Below, in pieces: positions 12,401-26,449 of a stretch of DNA of 64,000 nt; the first letter of the stretch is position 1, and the number at the start of each line of letters is the position of its first letter. The notes beneath the pieces were generated by a model. It did no database searches, was not told where the DNA came from, and saw nothing but the letters and a program-made list of their open reading frames with translations. Source of the DNA: Eledone cirrhosa. Lineage: Eukaryota. Both the position numbers and the translations under genes were made by a program. The DNA lies in the NCBI GenBank assembly GCA_964016885.1, contig OZ024742.1:166470001-166534000 (forward strand), written 5' to 3'.

Positions 12401-15400
12401 ATAATTTTCAGCCGTCCAAGGGGAGATAATTTCCAGCCGTCCAAGGGGAGATAATTTCCATCCTTCCAAGGGGAGATAATTTCCAGCCGTCCAAGGGGAG
12501 ATAATTTTCAGCCGTCCAAGGGGAGATAATTTCCCGCCAGCCAAGGGAAGATAATATTTTAAAAAATCAGGCGGAGATAATTTGTAAAAAAAATCAGGGG
12601 GAGATAATTTGTAAAAAAATCAGGGGGAGATAATTTGTAAAAAAAAAATCAGGGGGAGATAATTTGTAAAAAAAATCAGGGGGAGATAATTTGTAAAAAA
12701 AAATCAGGGGTAGATAATTTGTAAAAAAAAATCAGGGGGAGATAATTTGTAAAAAAAAAATCAGGGGGAGATAATTTGTAAAAAAAATCAAGGGGAGATA
12801 ATTTCCAGCCGTCCAAGGAGAGATAATTTTTAAAAAAAATCAGGCGGAGATAATTTGTAAAAAAAAATCAAGGGGAGATAATTTGTAAAAAAAAATCAAG
12901 GGGAGATAATTTGTAAAAAAAATCAAGGGGAGATAATTTCCAGCCGTCCAAGGGAAGATAATTTCCAGCACTCCAAGGGGCTATAATTTCCAGTGTCCAA
13001 GGGGAGATAATTTCCAGCCAGCGAAGGGGAGATAATTTTTTTAAAAAAATCAGGGGGAGATATGTAAAAAAAATCAGAGGGAGATAATTTCTAAAAAAAA
13101 TCAAAGGGAGATAATTTCCAGCCGTCCAAAGAGAGATAATTTCTAGCCGTCCAAGGGGAGATAATTTCCAGCCAAGGGGAGATAATTTCCAGCCGTCCAA
13201 GGGGAGATAATTATTTAAAAAATCAGGTGGAGATAATTTGTAAAAAAAATCAGGGGGAGATAATTTGTAAAAACAAAATCAAGGGCAGATAATTTCCAGC
13301 TGTCCAAGGGGAGATAATTTCCAGCCGTGCAAGGGGAGATAATTTCCAGCCGTCCAAGGGGAGATAATTTCCATCCTTCCAAGGGGAGATAATGTCCAGC
13401 CGTCCAAGGGGAGATAATTTCCCGCCAGCCAAGGGAAGATAATTTTTAAAAAAATCAGGCGGAGATTGTAAAAAAAATCAGGGGGAGATAATTTGTAAAA
13501 AAAAAATCAGGGGGAGATAATTTGTAAAAAAAATCAGGGGTAGATAATTTGTAAAAAAAAATCAGGGGGAGATAATTTGTAAAAAAAAATCAGGGGGAGA
13601 TAATTTCTAAAAAAATCAAGGGGAGATAATATGCAGCCGTCCAAGGGGAGATAATTTTCAGCCGTCCAAGGAGAGGTAATTTCTAGCCGTCCAAGGGGAG
13701 ATAATTTCCAGCCGTCCAAGAGGAGATAATTTCCAGCCGTCCAAGGGGAGATAGTTTTTTTAAAAAAATCAGGCGGAGATAATTTGTAAAAAAAAAATCA
13801 GGGGGAGATAATTTGTAAAAAAAATCAGGGGGAGATAATTTGTAAAAAAAAATCAGGGGGAGATAATTTGTAAAAAAAATCAGGGGGAGATAATTTGTAA
13901 AAAAAAATCAGGGGGAGATAATTTCCGGCCGTCCAAGGGGAGATAATTTTCAGCCGTCCAAGGGGAGATAATTTCCCGCCAGCCAAGGGAAGATAATATT
14001 TAAAAAAATCAGGCGGAGATAATTTGTAAAAAAAATCAGGGGGAGATAATTTGTAAAAAAATCAGGGGGAGATAATTTGTAAAAAAAATCAAGGGGAGAT
14101 AATTTCCAGCCGTCCAAGGGGAGGTAATATCTAGCCGTCCAAGGGGAGATAATTTCCAGCCGTCCAAGTGGAGATAATTTCCAGCCGTCCAAGGGTAGAT
14201 AATATCCAGCCGTCCAAGGAGACATATTTTCCAGCCGTCCAAGGAGAGGTAATTTCTAGCCGTCCAAGGGGAGATAAATTCCAGCCTCCAAGGGGAGATA
14301 ATTTCCAGCCAGCCAAGGGGAGATAATTTGTAAAAAAAATCAGGGGGAGATAATTTGTAAAAAAAATCAGGGGGAGATAATTTGTAAAAAAATCAGGGGG
14401 AGATAATTTGTAAAAAAAAAATCAGGGGGAGATAATTTGTAAAAAAAATCAGGGGGAGATGATTTGTAAAAAAAAATCAGGGGTAGATAATTTGTAAAAA
14501 AAAATCAGGGGGTGATAATTTGTAAAAAAAAATCAGGGGGAGATAATTTGTAAAAAAAATCAAGGGGAGATAATTTCCAGCCGTCGAAGGGAAGATAATT
14601 TCCAGCCCTCCAAGGGGCTATAATTTCCAGCGTCCAAGGGGAGATAATTTCCAGCCGTCCAAGGGGAGATAATTTCCAGCCGTCCAAGGGTAGATAATAT
14701 CCAGCCGTCCAAGTAGACATTTTCCAGCCGTCCAAGGAGAGGTAATTTCTAGCCGTCCAAGGGGAGATAAATTCCAGCCTCCAAGGGGAGATAATTTCCA
14801 GCCAGCCAAGGGGAGATAATTTGTAAAAAAATCAGGGGGAGATAATTTGTAAAAAAAATCAGGGGGAGATAATTTGTAAAAAAAAATCAGGGGGAGATAA
14901 TTTGTAAAAAAAATCAGGGGGAGATAATTTGTAAAAAAAATCAGGGGGAGATAATTTGTAAAAAAAATCAAGGGGAGATAATTTCCAGCCGTCCAAGGGG
15001 AGATAATTTTCAGCCGTCCAAGGGGAGATAATTTCCAGCCGTCCAAGGGGAGATAATTTCCATCCTTCCAAGGGGAGATAATTTCCAGCCGTCCAAGGGG
15101 AGATAATTTTCAGCCGTCCAAGGGGAGATAATTTCCCGCCAGCCAAGGGAAGATAATATTTTAAAAAATCAGGCGGAGATAATTTGTAAAAAAAATCAGG
15201 GGGAGATAATTTGTAAAAAAATCAGGGGGAGATAATTTGTAAAAAAAAAATCAGGGGGAGATAATTTGTAAAAAAAATCAGGGGGAGATAATTTGTAAAA
15301 AAAAATCAGGGGTAGATAATTTGTAAAAAAAAATCAGGGGGAGATAATTTGTAAAAAAAAAATCAGGGGGAGATAATTTGTAAAAAAAATCAAGGGGAGA

Positions 15401-16830
15401 TAATTTCCAGCCGTCCAAGGAGAGATAATTTTTAAAAAAAATCAGGCGGAGATAATTTGTAAAAAAAAATCAAGGGGAGATAATTTGTAAAAAAAAATCA
15501 AGGGGAGATAATTTGTAAAAAAAATCAAGGGGAGATAATTTCCAGCCGTCCAAGGGAAGATAATTTCCAGCACTCCAAGGGGCTATAATTTCCAGTGTCC
15601 AAGGGGAGATAATTTCCAGCCAGCGAAGGGGAGATAATTTTTTTAAAAAAATCAGGGGGAGATATGTAAAAAAAATCAGAGGGAGATAATTTCTAAAAAA
15701 AATCAAAGGGAGATAATTTCCAGCCGTCCAAAGAGAGATAATTTCTAGCCGTCCAAGGGGAGATAATTTCCAGCCAAGGGGAGATAATTTCCAGCCGTCC
15801 AAGGGGAGATAATTATTTAAAAAATCAGGTGGAGATAATTTGTAAAAAAAATCAGGGGGAGATAATTTGTAAAAACAAAATCAAGGGCAGATAATTTCCA
15901 GCTGTCCAAGGGGAGATAATTTCCAGCCGTGCAAGGGGAGATAATTTCCAGCCGTCCAAGGGGAGATAATTTCCATCCTTCCAAGGGGAGATAATGTCCA
16001 GCCGTCCAAGGGGAGATAATTTCCCGCCAGCCAAGGGAAGATAATTTTTAAAAAAATCAGGCGGAGATTGTAAAAAAAATCAGGGGGAGATAATTTGTAA
16101 AAAAAAAATCAGGGGGAGATAATTTGTAAAAAAAATCAGGGGTAGATAATTTGTAAAAAAAAATCAGGGGGAGATAATTTGTAAAAAAAAATCAGGGGGA
16201 GATAATTTCTAAAAAAATCAAGGGGAGATAATATGCAGCCGTCCAAGGGGAGATAATTTTCAGCCGTCCAAGGAGAGGTAATTTCTAGCCGTCCAAGGGG
16301 AGATAATTTCCAGCCGTCCAAGAGGAGATAATTTCCAGCCGTCCAAGGGGAGATAGTTTTTTTTAAAAAATCAGGCGGAGATAATTTGTAAAAAAAAAAT
16401 CAGGGGGAGATAATTTGTAAAAAAAAATCAGGGGGAGATAATTTGTAAAAAAAAATCAGGGGGAGATAATTTGTAAAAAAAATCAGGGGGAGATAATTAG
16501 TAAAAAAAATCAAGGGGAGATAATTTCCAGCCGTCCAAGGGGAGGTAATATCTAGCCGTCCAAGGGGAGATAATTTCCAGCCGTCCAAGGGGAGATAATT
16601 TCCAGCCGTCCAAGGGTAGATAATATCCAGCCGTCCAAGTAGACATATTTTCCAGCCGTCCAAGGAGAGGTAATTTCTAGCCGTCCAAGGGGAGATAAAT
16701 TCCAGCCTCCAAGGGGAGATAATTTCCAGCCAGCCAAGGGGAGATAATTTGTAAAAAAATCAGGGGGAGATAATTTGTAAAAAAAATCAGGGGGAGATAA
16801 TTTGTAAAAAAAAATCAGGGGGAGATAATT
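6421..16830 (+). repeat. Higher-order tandem duplication, ~3992-bp unit (6421-10411, then 10412 onward, the second copy lengthened by an internal 2602-bp duplication)
   Basis: ORF-track offsets are 7356/11348, 7911/11903, 8024/12016, 9258/13250 and 9542/13534 = 3992. The offset 9806/16400 = 6594 = 3992+2602. Shared rare variants are AAGGTAAG, TTCCGGCC, GGGGTGATAAT and GATAATGTCC. Confidence 0.9.
11225..16428 (+). repeat. Higher-order tandem duplication, 2602-bp unit x2
   Basis: ORF-track offsets 11348/13950, 11903/14505, 12868/15470, 13250/15852 and 13534/16136 all equal 2602. Confidence 0.92.
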
Positions 16831-19800
16831 TGTAAAAAAAATCAGGGGGAGATAATTTGTAAAAAAAATCAGGGGGAGATAATTTGTAAAAAAAAATCAG
16901 GGGGAGATAATTTGTAAAAAAAAATCAGGGGGAGATAATTTGTAAAAAAAAATCAGGGGGAGATAATTTGTAAAAAAAATCAAGGGGAGATAATTTCCAG
17001 CCGTCCAAGGGGAGATAATTTCCAGCCGTCCAAGGGGAGGTAATATCTAGCCGTCCAAGGGGAGATAATTTCCAGCCGTCCAAGAGGAGATAATTTCCAG
17101 CCGTCCAAGGGTAGATAATATCCAGCCGTCCAAGGAGACATATTTTCCAGCCGTCCAAGGAGAGGTAATTTCTAGCCGTCCAAGGGGAGATAAATTCCAG
17201 CCTCCAAGGGGAGATAATTTGTAAAAAAAATCAGGGGGAGATAATTTGTAAAAAAAATCAGGGGGAGATAATTTGTAAAAAAAAATCAGGGGGAGATAAT
17301 TTGTAAAAAAAATCAGGGGGAGATAATTTGTAAAAACAAATCAAGGGGAGATAATTTCCAGCCGTCCAAGGGGAGATAATTTTCAGCCGCCCAAGGGGAG
17401 ATAATTTCCCGCCAGCCAAGGGAAGATAATATTTAAAAAATCAGGCGGAGATAATTTGTAAAAAAAATCAGGGGGAGATAATTTGTAAAAAAATCAGGGG
17501 GAGATAATTTGTAAAAAAAAAATCAGGGGGAGATAATTTGTAAAAAAAATCAGGGGGAGATGATTTGTAAAAAAAATCAGGGGTAGATAATTTGTAAAAA
17601 AAAATCAGGGGGAGATAATTTGTAAAAAAAAATCAGGGGGAGATAATTTGTAAAAAAAATCAAGAGGAGATAATTTCCAGCCGTCGAAGGGAAGATAGTT
17701 TCCAGCCCTCCAAGGGGCTATAATTTCCAGCGTCCAAGGGGAGATAATTTCCAGCCAGCGAAGGGGAGATAATTTTTTTTAAAAAATCATTGGGAGATTT
17801 GTAAAAAAAATCAGGGGGAGATAATTGGTAAAAAAAATCAAGGGGAGATAATTTCCAGCCGTCCAAGGGGAGATAATTTCCAGCCGTCCAAGGGTAGATA
17901 ATATCCAGCCGTCCAAGTAGACATTTTCCAGCCGTCCAAGGAGAGGTAATTTCTAGCCGTCCAAGGGGAGATAAATTCCAGCCTCCAAGGGGAGATAATT
18001 TCCAGCCAGCCAAGGGGAGATAATTTGTAAAAAAATCAGGGGGAGATAATTTGTAAAAAAAAATCAGGGGGAGATAATTTGTAAAAAAAAATCAGGGGGA
18101 GATAATTTGTAAAAAAAAATCAGGGGGAGATAATTTGTAAAAAAAATCAAGGGGAGATAATTTCCAGCCGTCCAAGGGGAGAAAATTTTCAGCCGTCCAA
18201 GGGGAGATAATTTCCAGCCGTCCAAGGGGAGATAATTTCCATCCTTCCAAGGGGAGATAATTTGTAAAAAAAAATCAGGGGGAGATAATTTGTAAAAAAA
18301 ATCAAGGGGAGATAATTTCCAGCCGTCCAAGGGGAGATAATTTTCAGCCGTCCAAGGGGAGATAATTTCCCGCCAGCCAAGGGAAGATAATATTTTAAAA
18401 AATCAGGCGGAGATAATTTGTAAAAAAAATCAGGGGGAGATAATTTGTAAAAAAATCAGGGGGAGATAATTTGTAAAAAAAAAATCAGGGGGAGATAATT
18501 TGTAAAAAAAATCAGGGGGAGATAATTTGTAAAAAAAAATCAGGGGTAGATAATTTGTAAAAAAAAATCAGGGGGAGATAATTTGTAAAAAAAAATCAGG
18601 GGGAGATAATTTGTAAAAAAAATCAAGGGGAGATAATTTCCAGCCGTCCAAGGAGAGATAATTTAAAAAAAAAATCAGGCGGAGATAATTTGTAAAAAAA
18701 AATCAAGGGGAGATAATTTGTAAAAAAAAATCAGGGGGAGATAATTTGTAAAAAAAATCAAGGGGAGATAATTTCCAGCCGTCCAAGGGAAGATAATTTC
18801 CAGCACTCCAAGGGGCTATAATTTCCAGTGTCCAAGGGGAGATAATTTCCAGCCAGCGAAGGGGAGATAATTTTTTTAAAAAAATCAGGGGGAGATATGT
18901 AAAAAAAATCAGAGGGAGATAATTTCTAAAAAAAATCAAAGGGAGATAATTTCCAGCCGTCCAAAGAGAGATAATTTCTAGCCGTCCAAGGGGAGATAAT
19001 TTCCAGCCAAGGGGAGATAATATCCAGCCGTCCAAGGGGAGATAATTTTTTAAAAAATCAGGTGGAGATAATTTGTAAAAAAAATCAGGGGGAGATAATT
19101 TGTAAAAACAAAATCAAGGGCAGATAATTTCCAGCTGTCCAAGGGGAGATAATTTCCAGCCGTGCAAGGGGAGATAATTTCCAGCCGTCCAAGGGGAGAT
19201 AATTTCCATCCTTCCAAGGGGAGATAATCTCCAGCCGTCCAAGGGGAGATAATTTCCCGCCAGCCAAGGGAAGATAATTTTTAAAAAAATCAGGCGGAGA
19301 TTGTAAAAAAAATCAGGGGGAGATAATTTGTAAAAAAATCAGGGGGAGATAATTTGTTAAAAAAAAATCAGGGGAGATAATTTGTAAAAAAAAATCAGGG
19401 GGAGATAATTTGTAAAAAAAAATCAGGGGGAGATAATTTGTAAAAAAAATCAGGGGTAGATAATTTGTAAAAAAAAATCAGGGGGAGATAATTTGTAAAA
19501 AAAAATCAGGGGGAGATAATTTGTAAAAAAATCAAGGGGAGATAATATGCAGCCGTCCAAGGATAGATAATTTTCAGCCGTCCAAGGAGAGGTAATTTCT
19601 AGCCGTCCAAGGGGAGATAATTTCCAGCCGTCCAAGGGGAGATAATTTCCAGCCGTCCAAGGGGAGATAGTTTTTTTCAAAAAATCAGGCGGAGATAATT
19701 TGTAAAAAAAAAATCAGGGGGAGATAATTTGTAAAAAAAATCAGGGGGAGATAATTTGTAAAAAAAATCAAGGGGAGATAATTTCCAGCCGTCCAAGGGA

Positions 19801-22800
19801 AGATAATTTCAAGCCCTCCAAGGGGCTATAATTTCCAGTGTCCAAGGGGAGATAATTTCCAGCCAGCGAAGGGGAGATCATTTTTTTTTAAAAATCAGGG
19901 GGAGATTTGTAAAAAAAATCAGGGGGAGATAATTTGTAAAAAAAATCAAAGGGAGATAATTTCCAGCCGTCCAAAGAGAGATAATTTCTAGCCGTCCAAG
20001 GGGAGATAATTTCGAGCCAAGGGGAGATAATTTCCAGCCGTCCAAGGGGAGATAATTTTTTAAAAAATTAGGTGGAGATAATTTGTAAAAAAAATCAGGG
20101 GGAGATAATTTGTAAAAACAAAATCAAGGGCAGATAATTTCCAGCTGTCCAAGGGGAGATAATTTCCAGCCGTGCAAGGGGAGATAATTTCCAGCCGTCC
20201 AAGGGGAGATAATTTCCCGCCAGCCAAGAGAAGATAATTTTTTAAAAAATCAGGCGGAGATTGTAAAAAAAATCAGGGGGAGATAATTTGTAAAAAAATC
20301 AGGGGGAGATAATTTGTAAAAAAATCAAGGGGAGATAATTTCCAGCTGTCCAAGGGGAGGTAATATCTAGCCGTCCAAGGGGAGATAATTTCCAGCCGTC
20401 CAAGGGGAGATAATTTCCAGCCGTCCAAGGGTAGATAATATCCAGCCGTCCAAGGAGACATATTTTCCAGCCGTCCAAGGAGAGGTAATTTCTAGCCGTC
20501 CAAGTGGAGATAAATTCCAGCCTCCAAGGGGAGATAATTTCCAGCCAGCCAAGGGGAGATAATTTGTAAAAAAATCAGGGGGAGATAATTTGTAAAAAAA
20601 ATCAGGGGTAGATAATTTGTAAAAAAAAATCAGGGGGAGATAATTTGTAAAAAGAATCAAGGGGAGATAATTTGCAGCCGTCCAAGGGGAGATAATTTTT
20701 AGCCGTCCAAGGAGAGGTAATTTCTAGCCGTCCAAGGTGAGATAATATCCAGCCGTCCAAGGGGAGATAATTTCCAGCCGTCCAAGAGGAGATAATTTTT
20801 AAAAAAAAACAGGCGGAGATAATTTGTAAAAAAAAAATCAGGGTGAGATAATTTGTAAAAAAAAATCAGGGGGAGATAATTTGTAAAAAAAAATCAGGGG
20901 GAGGTAATTTATAAAAAAAATCAAGGGGAGATAATTTCCAGCCGTCCAAGGGAAGATAATTTCCAGCCCTCCAAGGGGCTATAATTTCCAGCGTCCAAGG
21001 GGAGATAATTTCCAGCCAGCGAAGGGGAGATAATTTTTTTTTTTTTAAATCAGGGGGACATAATTTGTAAAAAAAATAAGGGGGAGATAATTTGTAAAAA
21101 AAATCAAGGGGAGATAATTTGTAAAAAAAATCAGGGGGAGATAATTTGTAAAAAAAAATCAGGGGGAGATAATTTGTAAAAAAAATCAAGGGGAGATAAT
21201 TTGTAAAAAAAATCAAGGGGAGATAATTTCCAGCCGTCCAAGGGGAGATAATTTTCAGCCGTCCAAGGGGAGATAATTTCCCGCCAGCCAAGGGAAGATA
21301 ATATTTAAAAAAATCAGGCGGAGATAATTTGTAAAAAAAATCAGGGGGAGATAATTTGTAAAAAAATCAGGGGGAGATAATTTGTAAAAAAAAAATCAGG
21401 GGGAGATTTGTAAAAAAAATCAGGGGGAGATAATTTGTAAAAAAAAATCAGGGGTAGATAATTTGTAAAAAAAAATCAGGGGTAGATAATTTGTAAAAAA
21501 AAATCAGGGGGAGATAATTTGTAAAAAAAATCAATTGGAGATAATTTCCAGCCGTCCAAGGGGAGATAATTTTCAGCCGTCCAAGGAGAGGTAATTTCTA
21601 GACGTCCAAGGGGAGATAATTTCCAGCCGTCCAATGGGAGATAATTTCCAGCCGTCCAAGGGGAGATAATTTTTAAAAAAAAATCAGGCGGAGATAATTT
21701 GTAAAAAAAATCAAAGGGAGATAATTTCCAGCCGTCCAAAGAGAGATAATTTGCAGCCGTCCAAGGGGAGATAATTTTCAGTCGTCCAAGGAGAGGTAAA
21801 TTCTAGCCGTCCAAGGGGAGATAATTTCCAGCCGTCCAAGGGGAGATAATTTCCAGCCGTCCAAGGGGAGATAATTTTTTTAAAAAAATCAGGCGGAGAT
21901 AATTTGTAAAACAAATCAGGGGGAGATAATTTGTAAAAAAAAATCAGGGGGAGATAATTTGTAAAAAAAAATCAGGGGGAGATAATTTGTAAAAAAAATC
22001 AAGGAGAGATAATTTCCACCCGTCCAAGGGAAGATAATTTCAAGCCCTCCAAGGGGCTATAATTTCCAGTGTCCAAGGGGAGATAATTTCCAGCCAGCGA
22101 AGAGGAGATAATTTTTTTTTTTAAATCAGGGGGAGATTTGTAAAAAAAATCAAGGGGAGACAATTTGTAAAAAAAATCAAAGGGAGATAATTTCCAGCCG
22201 TCCAAAGAGAGATAATTTCTAGCCGTCCAAGGGGAGATAATTTCGAGCCAAGGTGGAGATAATTTCCAGCCGTACAAGGGGAGATAATTTTTTAAAAAAT
22301 CAGGTGGAGATAATTTGTAAAAAAAATCAGGGGGAGATAATTTGTAAAAACAAAATCAAGGGCAGATAATTACCAGCTGTCCAAGGGGAGATAATTTCCA
22401 GCCGTGCAAGGGGAGATAATTTCCAGCCGTCCAAGGGGAGATAATTTCCATCCTTCCAAGGGGAGATAATTTCCAGCCGTCCAAGGGGAGATAATTACCC
22501 GCCAGCCAAGGGAAGATAATTTTTTACAAAATCAGGCGGAGATTGTAAAAAAAATCAGGGGGAGATAATTTGTAAAAAAATCAGGGGGAGATAATTTGTA
22601 AAAAAATCAAGGGGAGATAATTTCCAGCCGTCCAAGGGGAGGTAATATCTAGCCGTCCAAGGGGAGATAATTTCCAGCCGTCCAAGGGGAGATAATTTCC
22701 AGCCGTCCAAGGGTAGATAATATCCAGCCGTCCAAGGAGACATATTTTCCAGCCGTCCAAGGAGAGGTAATTTCTAGCCGTCCAAGGGGAGATAAATTCC

Positions 22801-25800
22801 AGCCTCCAAGGGGACATAATTTCCAGCCAGCCAAGGGGAGATAATTTGTAAAAAAATCAGGGGGAGATAATTTGTAAAAAAAATCAGGGGGAGATAATTT
22901 GTAAAAAAAATCAGGGGGAGATAATTTGTAAAAAAAAATCAGGGGGAGATAATTTGTAAAAAAAATCAGGGGGAGATAATTTGTAAAAAAAATCAAGGGG
23001 AGATAATTTCCAGCCGTCCAAGGGGAGATAATTTTCAGCCGTCCAAGGGGAGATAATTTCCCGCCAGCCAAGGGAAGATAATATTTAAAAAATGAGGCGG
23101 AGATAATTTGTAAAAAAAATCAGGGGGAGATAATTTGTAAAAAAATCAGGGGGAGATAATTTGTAAAAAAAAAATCAGGGGGAGATAATTTGTAAAAAAA
23201 ATCAGGGGTAGATAATTTGTAAAAAAAAATCAGGGGGAGATAATTTGTAAAAAAAATCAAGGGGAGATAATTTCCAGCCGTCCAAGGGAAGATAATTTCA
23301 AGCCCTCCAAGGGGCTATAATTTCCAGTGTCCAAGGGGAGATAATTTCCAGCCAGCGAAGGGGAGATAATTTTTTTTTAAAAATCAGGGGGAGATTTGTA
23401 AAAAAAATCAGGGGGAGATAATTTGTAAAAAAAATCAAGGGGAGATAATTTCCAGCCGTCGAAGGGAAGATAATTTCCAGCCCTCCAAGGGGCTATAATT
23501 TCCAGCGTCCAAGGGGAGATAATTTCCAGCCAGCGAAGGGGAGATAATTTTTAAAAAAAAATCATTGGGAGATTTGTAAAAAAAATCAGGGAGAGATAAT
23601 TTGTAAAAAAAATCAAGGGGAGATAATTTCCAGCCGTCCAAGGGAAGGTAATATCTAGCCGTCCAAGGGGAGATAATTTCCAGCCGTCCAAGGGGAGATA
23701 ATTTCCTGCCGTCCAAGGGTAGATAATATCCAGCCGTCCAAGTAGACATTTTCCAGCCGTCCAAGGAGAGGTAATTTCTAGCCGTCCAAGGGGAGATAAA
23801 TTCCAGCCTCCAAGGGGAGATAATTTCCAGCCAGCCAAGGGGAGATAATTTGTAAAAAAATCAGGGGGAGATAATTTGTAAAAAAAATCAGGGGGAGATA
23901 ATTTGTAAAAAAAAATCAGGGGGAGATAATTTGTAAAAAAAAATCAGGGGGAGATAATTTGTAAAAAAAAATCAGGGGGAGATAATTTGTAAAAAAAATC
24001 AAGGGGAGATAATTTCCAGCCGTCCAAGGGGAGATAATTTTCAGCCGTCCAAGGGGAGATAATTTCCAGCCGTCCAAGGGGAGATAATTTCCATCCTTCC
24101 AAGGGGAGATAATTTCCAGCCTTCCAAGGGGAGATAATTTTCAGCCGTCCAAGGGGAGATAATTTCCCGCCAGCCAAGGGAAGATAATATTTTAAAAAAT
24201 CAGCCGGAGATAATTTGTAAAAAAAATCAGGGGGAGATAATTTGTAAAAAAATCAGGGGGAGATAATTTGTAAAAAAAAAATCAGGGGGAGATAATTTGT
24301 AAAAAAAATCAAGGGGAGATAATTTCCAGCCGTCCAAGGAGAGATAATTTTAAAAAAAAATCAGGCGGAGATAATTTGTAAAAAAAAATCAAGGGGAGAT
24401 AATTTGTAAAAAAAAATCAGGGGGAGATAATTTGTAAAAAAAATCAAGGGGAGATAATTTCCAGCCGTCCAAGGGAAGATAATTTCCAGCACTCCAAGGG
24501 GCTATAATTTCCAGTGTCCAAGGGGAGATAATTTCCAGCCAGCGAAGGGGAGATAATTTTTTTTAAAAAATCAGGGGGAGATATGTAAAAAAAATCAGAG
24601 GGAGATAATTTCTAAAAAAAATCAAAGGGAGATAATTTCCAGCCGTCCAAAGAGAGATAATTTCTAGCCGTCCAAGGGGAGATAATTTCCAGCCGTCCAA
24701 GGGGAGATAATTATTTAAAAAATCAGGTGGACATAATTTGTAAAAAAAATCAGGGGGAGATAATTTGTAAAAACAAAATCAAGGGCAGATAATTTCCAGC
24801 CGTCCAAGGGGAGATAATTTCCAGCCGTGCAAGGGGAGATAATTTCCAGCCGTCCAAGGGGAGATAATTTCCATCCTTCCAAGGGGAGATAATCTCCAGC
24901 CGTCCAAGGGGAGATAATTTCCCGCCAGCAAAGGGAAGATAATTTTTAAAAAAATCAGGCGGAGATTGTAAAAAAAATCAGGGGGAGATAATTTGTAAAA
25001 AAATCAGGGGGAGATAATTTGTAAAAAAAAAATCAGGGGAGATAATTTGTAAAAAAAAATCAGGGGGAGATAATTTGTAAAAAAAAAATCAGGGGGAGAT
25101 AATTTGTAAAAAAAAATCAAGGGGAGATAATTTGTAAAAAAAATCAGGGGGAGATAATTAGTAAAAAAATCAAGGGGAGATAATTTCCAGCCGTCCAAGG
25201 GGAGGTAATATCTAGCCGTCCAAGGGGAGATAATTTCCAGCCGTCCAAGGGGAGATAATTTCCAGCCGTCCAAGGGTGGATAATATCCAGCCGTCCAAGT
25301 AGACATATTTTCCAGCCGTCCAAGGAGAGGTAATTTCTAGCCGTCCAAGGGGAGATAAATTCCAGCCTCCAAGGGGAGATAATTTCCAGCCAGCCAAGGG
25401 GAGATAATTTGTAAAAAAATCAGGGGGAGATAATTTGTAAAAAAAATCAGGGGGAGATAATTTGTAAAAAAAAATCAGGGGGAGATAATTTGTAAAAAAA
25501 ATCAGGGGGAGATAATTTGTAAAAAAAAATCAGGGGGAGATAATTTGTAAAAAAAAATCAGGGGGAGATAATTTGTAAAAAAAAATCAGGGGGAGATAAT
25601 TTGTAAAAAAAATCAAGGGGAGATAATTTCCAGCCGTCCAAGGGGAGATAATTTCCAGCCGTCCAAGGGGAGGTAATATCTAGCCGTCCAAGGGGAGATA
25701 ATTTCCAGCCGTCCAAGAGGAGATAATTTCCAGCCGTCCAAGGGAAGATAATTTCAAGCCCTCCAAGGGGCTATAATTTCCAGTGTCCAAGGGGAGATAA

Positions 25801-26449
25801 TTTCCAGCCAGCGAAGGGGAGATAATTTTTTTTTAAAAATCAGGATGAGATTTGTAAAAAAAATCAGGGGGAGATAATTTGTAAAAAAAATCAAGGGGAG
25901 ATAATTTCCAGCCGTCGAAGGGAAGATAATTTCGAGCCCTCCAAGGGGCTATAATTTCCAGCGTGCAAGGGGAGATAATTTCCAGCCAGCGAAGGGGAGA
26001 TAATTTTTAAAAAAAAATCATTGGGAGATTTGTAAAAAAAATCAGGGAGAGATAATTTGTAAAAAAAATCAAGGGGAGATAATTTCCAGCCGTCCAAGGG
26101 GAGGTAATATCTAGCCGTCCAAGGGGAGATAATTTCCAGCCGTCCAAGGAATGATAATTTCCAGCCGTCCAAGGGTAGATAATATCCAGCCGTCCAAGTA
26201 GACATTTTCCAGCCGTCCAAGGAGAGGTAATTTCTAGCCGTCCAAGGGGAGATAAATTCCAGCCTCCAAGGGGAGATAATTTCCAGCCAGCCAAGGGGAG
26301 ATAATTTGTAAAAAAATCAGGGGGAGATAATTTGTAAAAAAAATCAGGGGGAGATAATTTGTAAAAAAAATCAGGGGGAGATAATTTGTAAAAAAAAATC
26401 AGGGGGAGATAATTTGTAAAAAAAAATCAGGGGGAGATAATTTGTAAAA

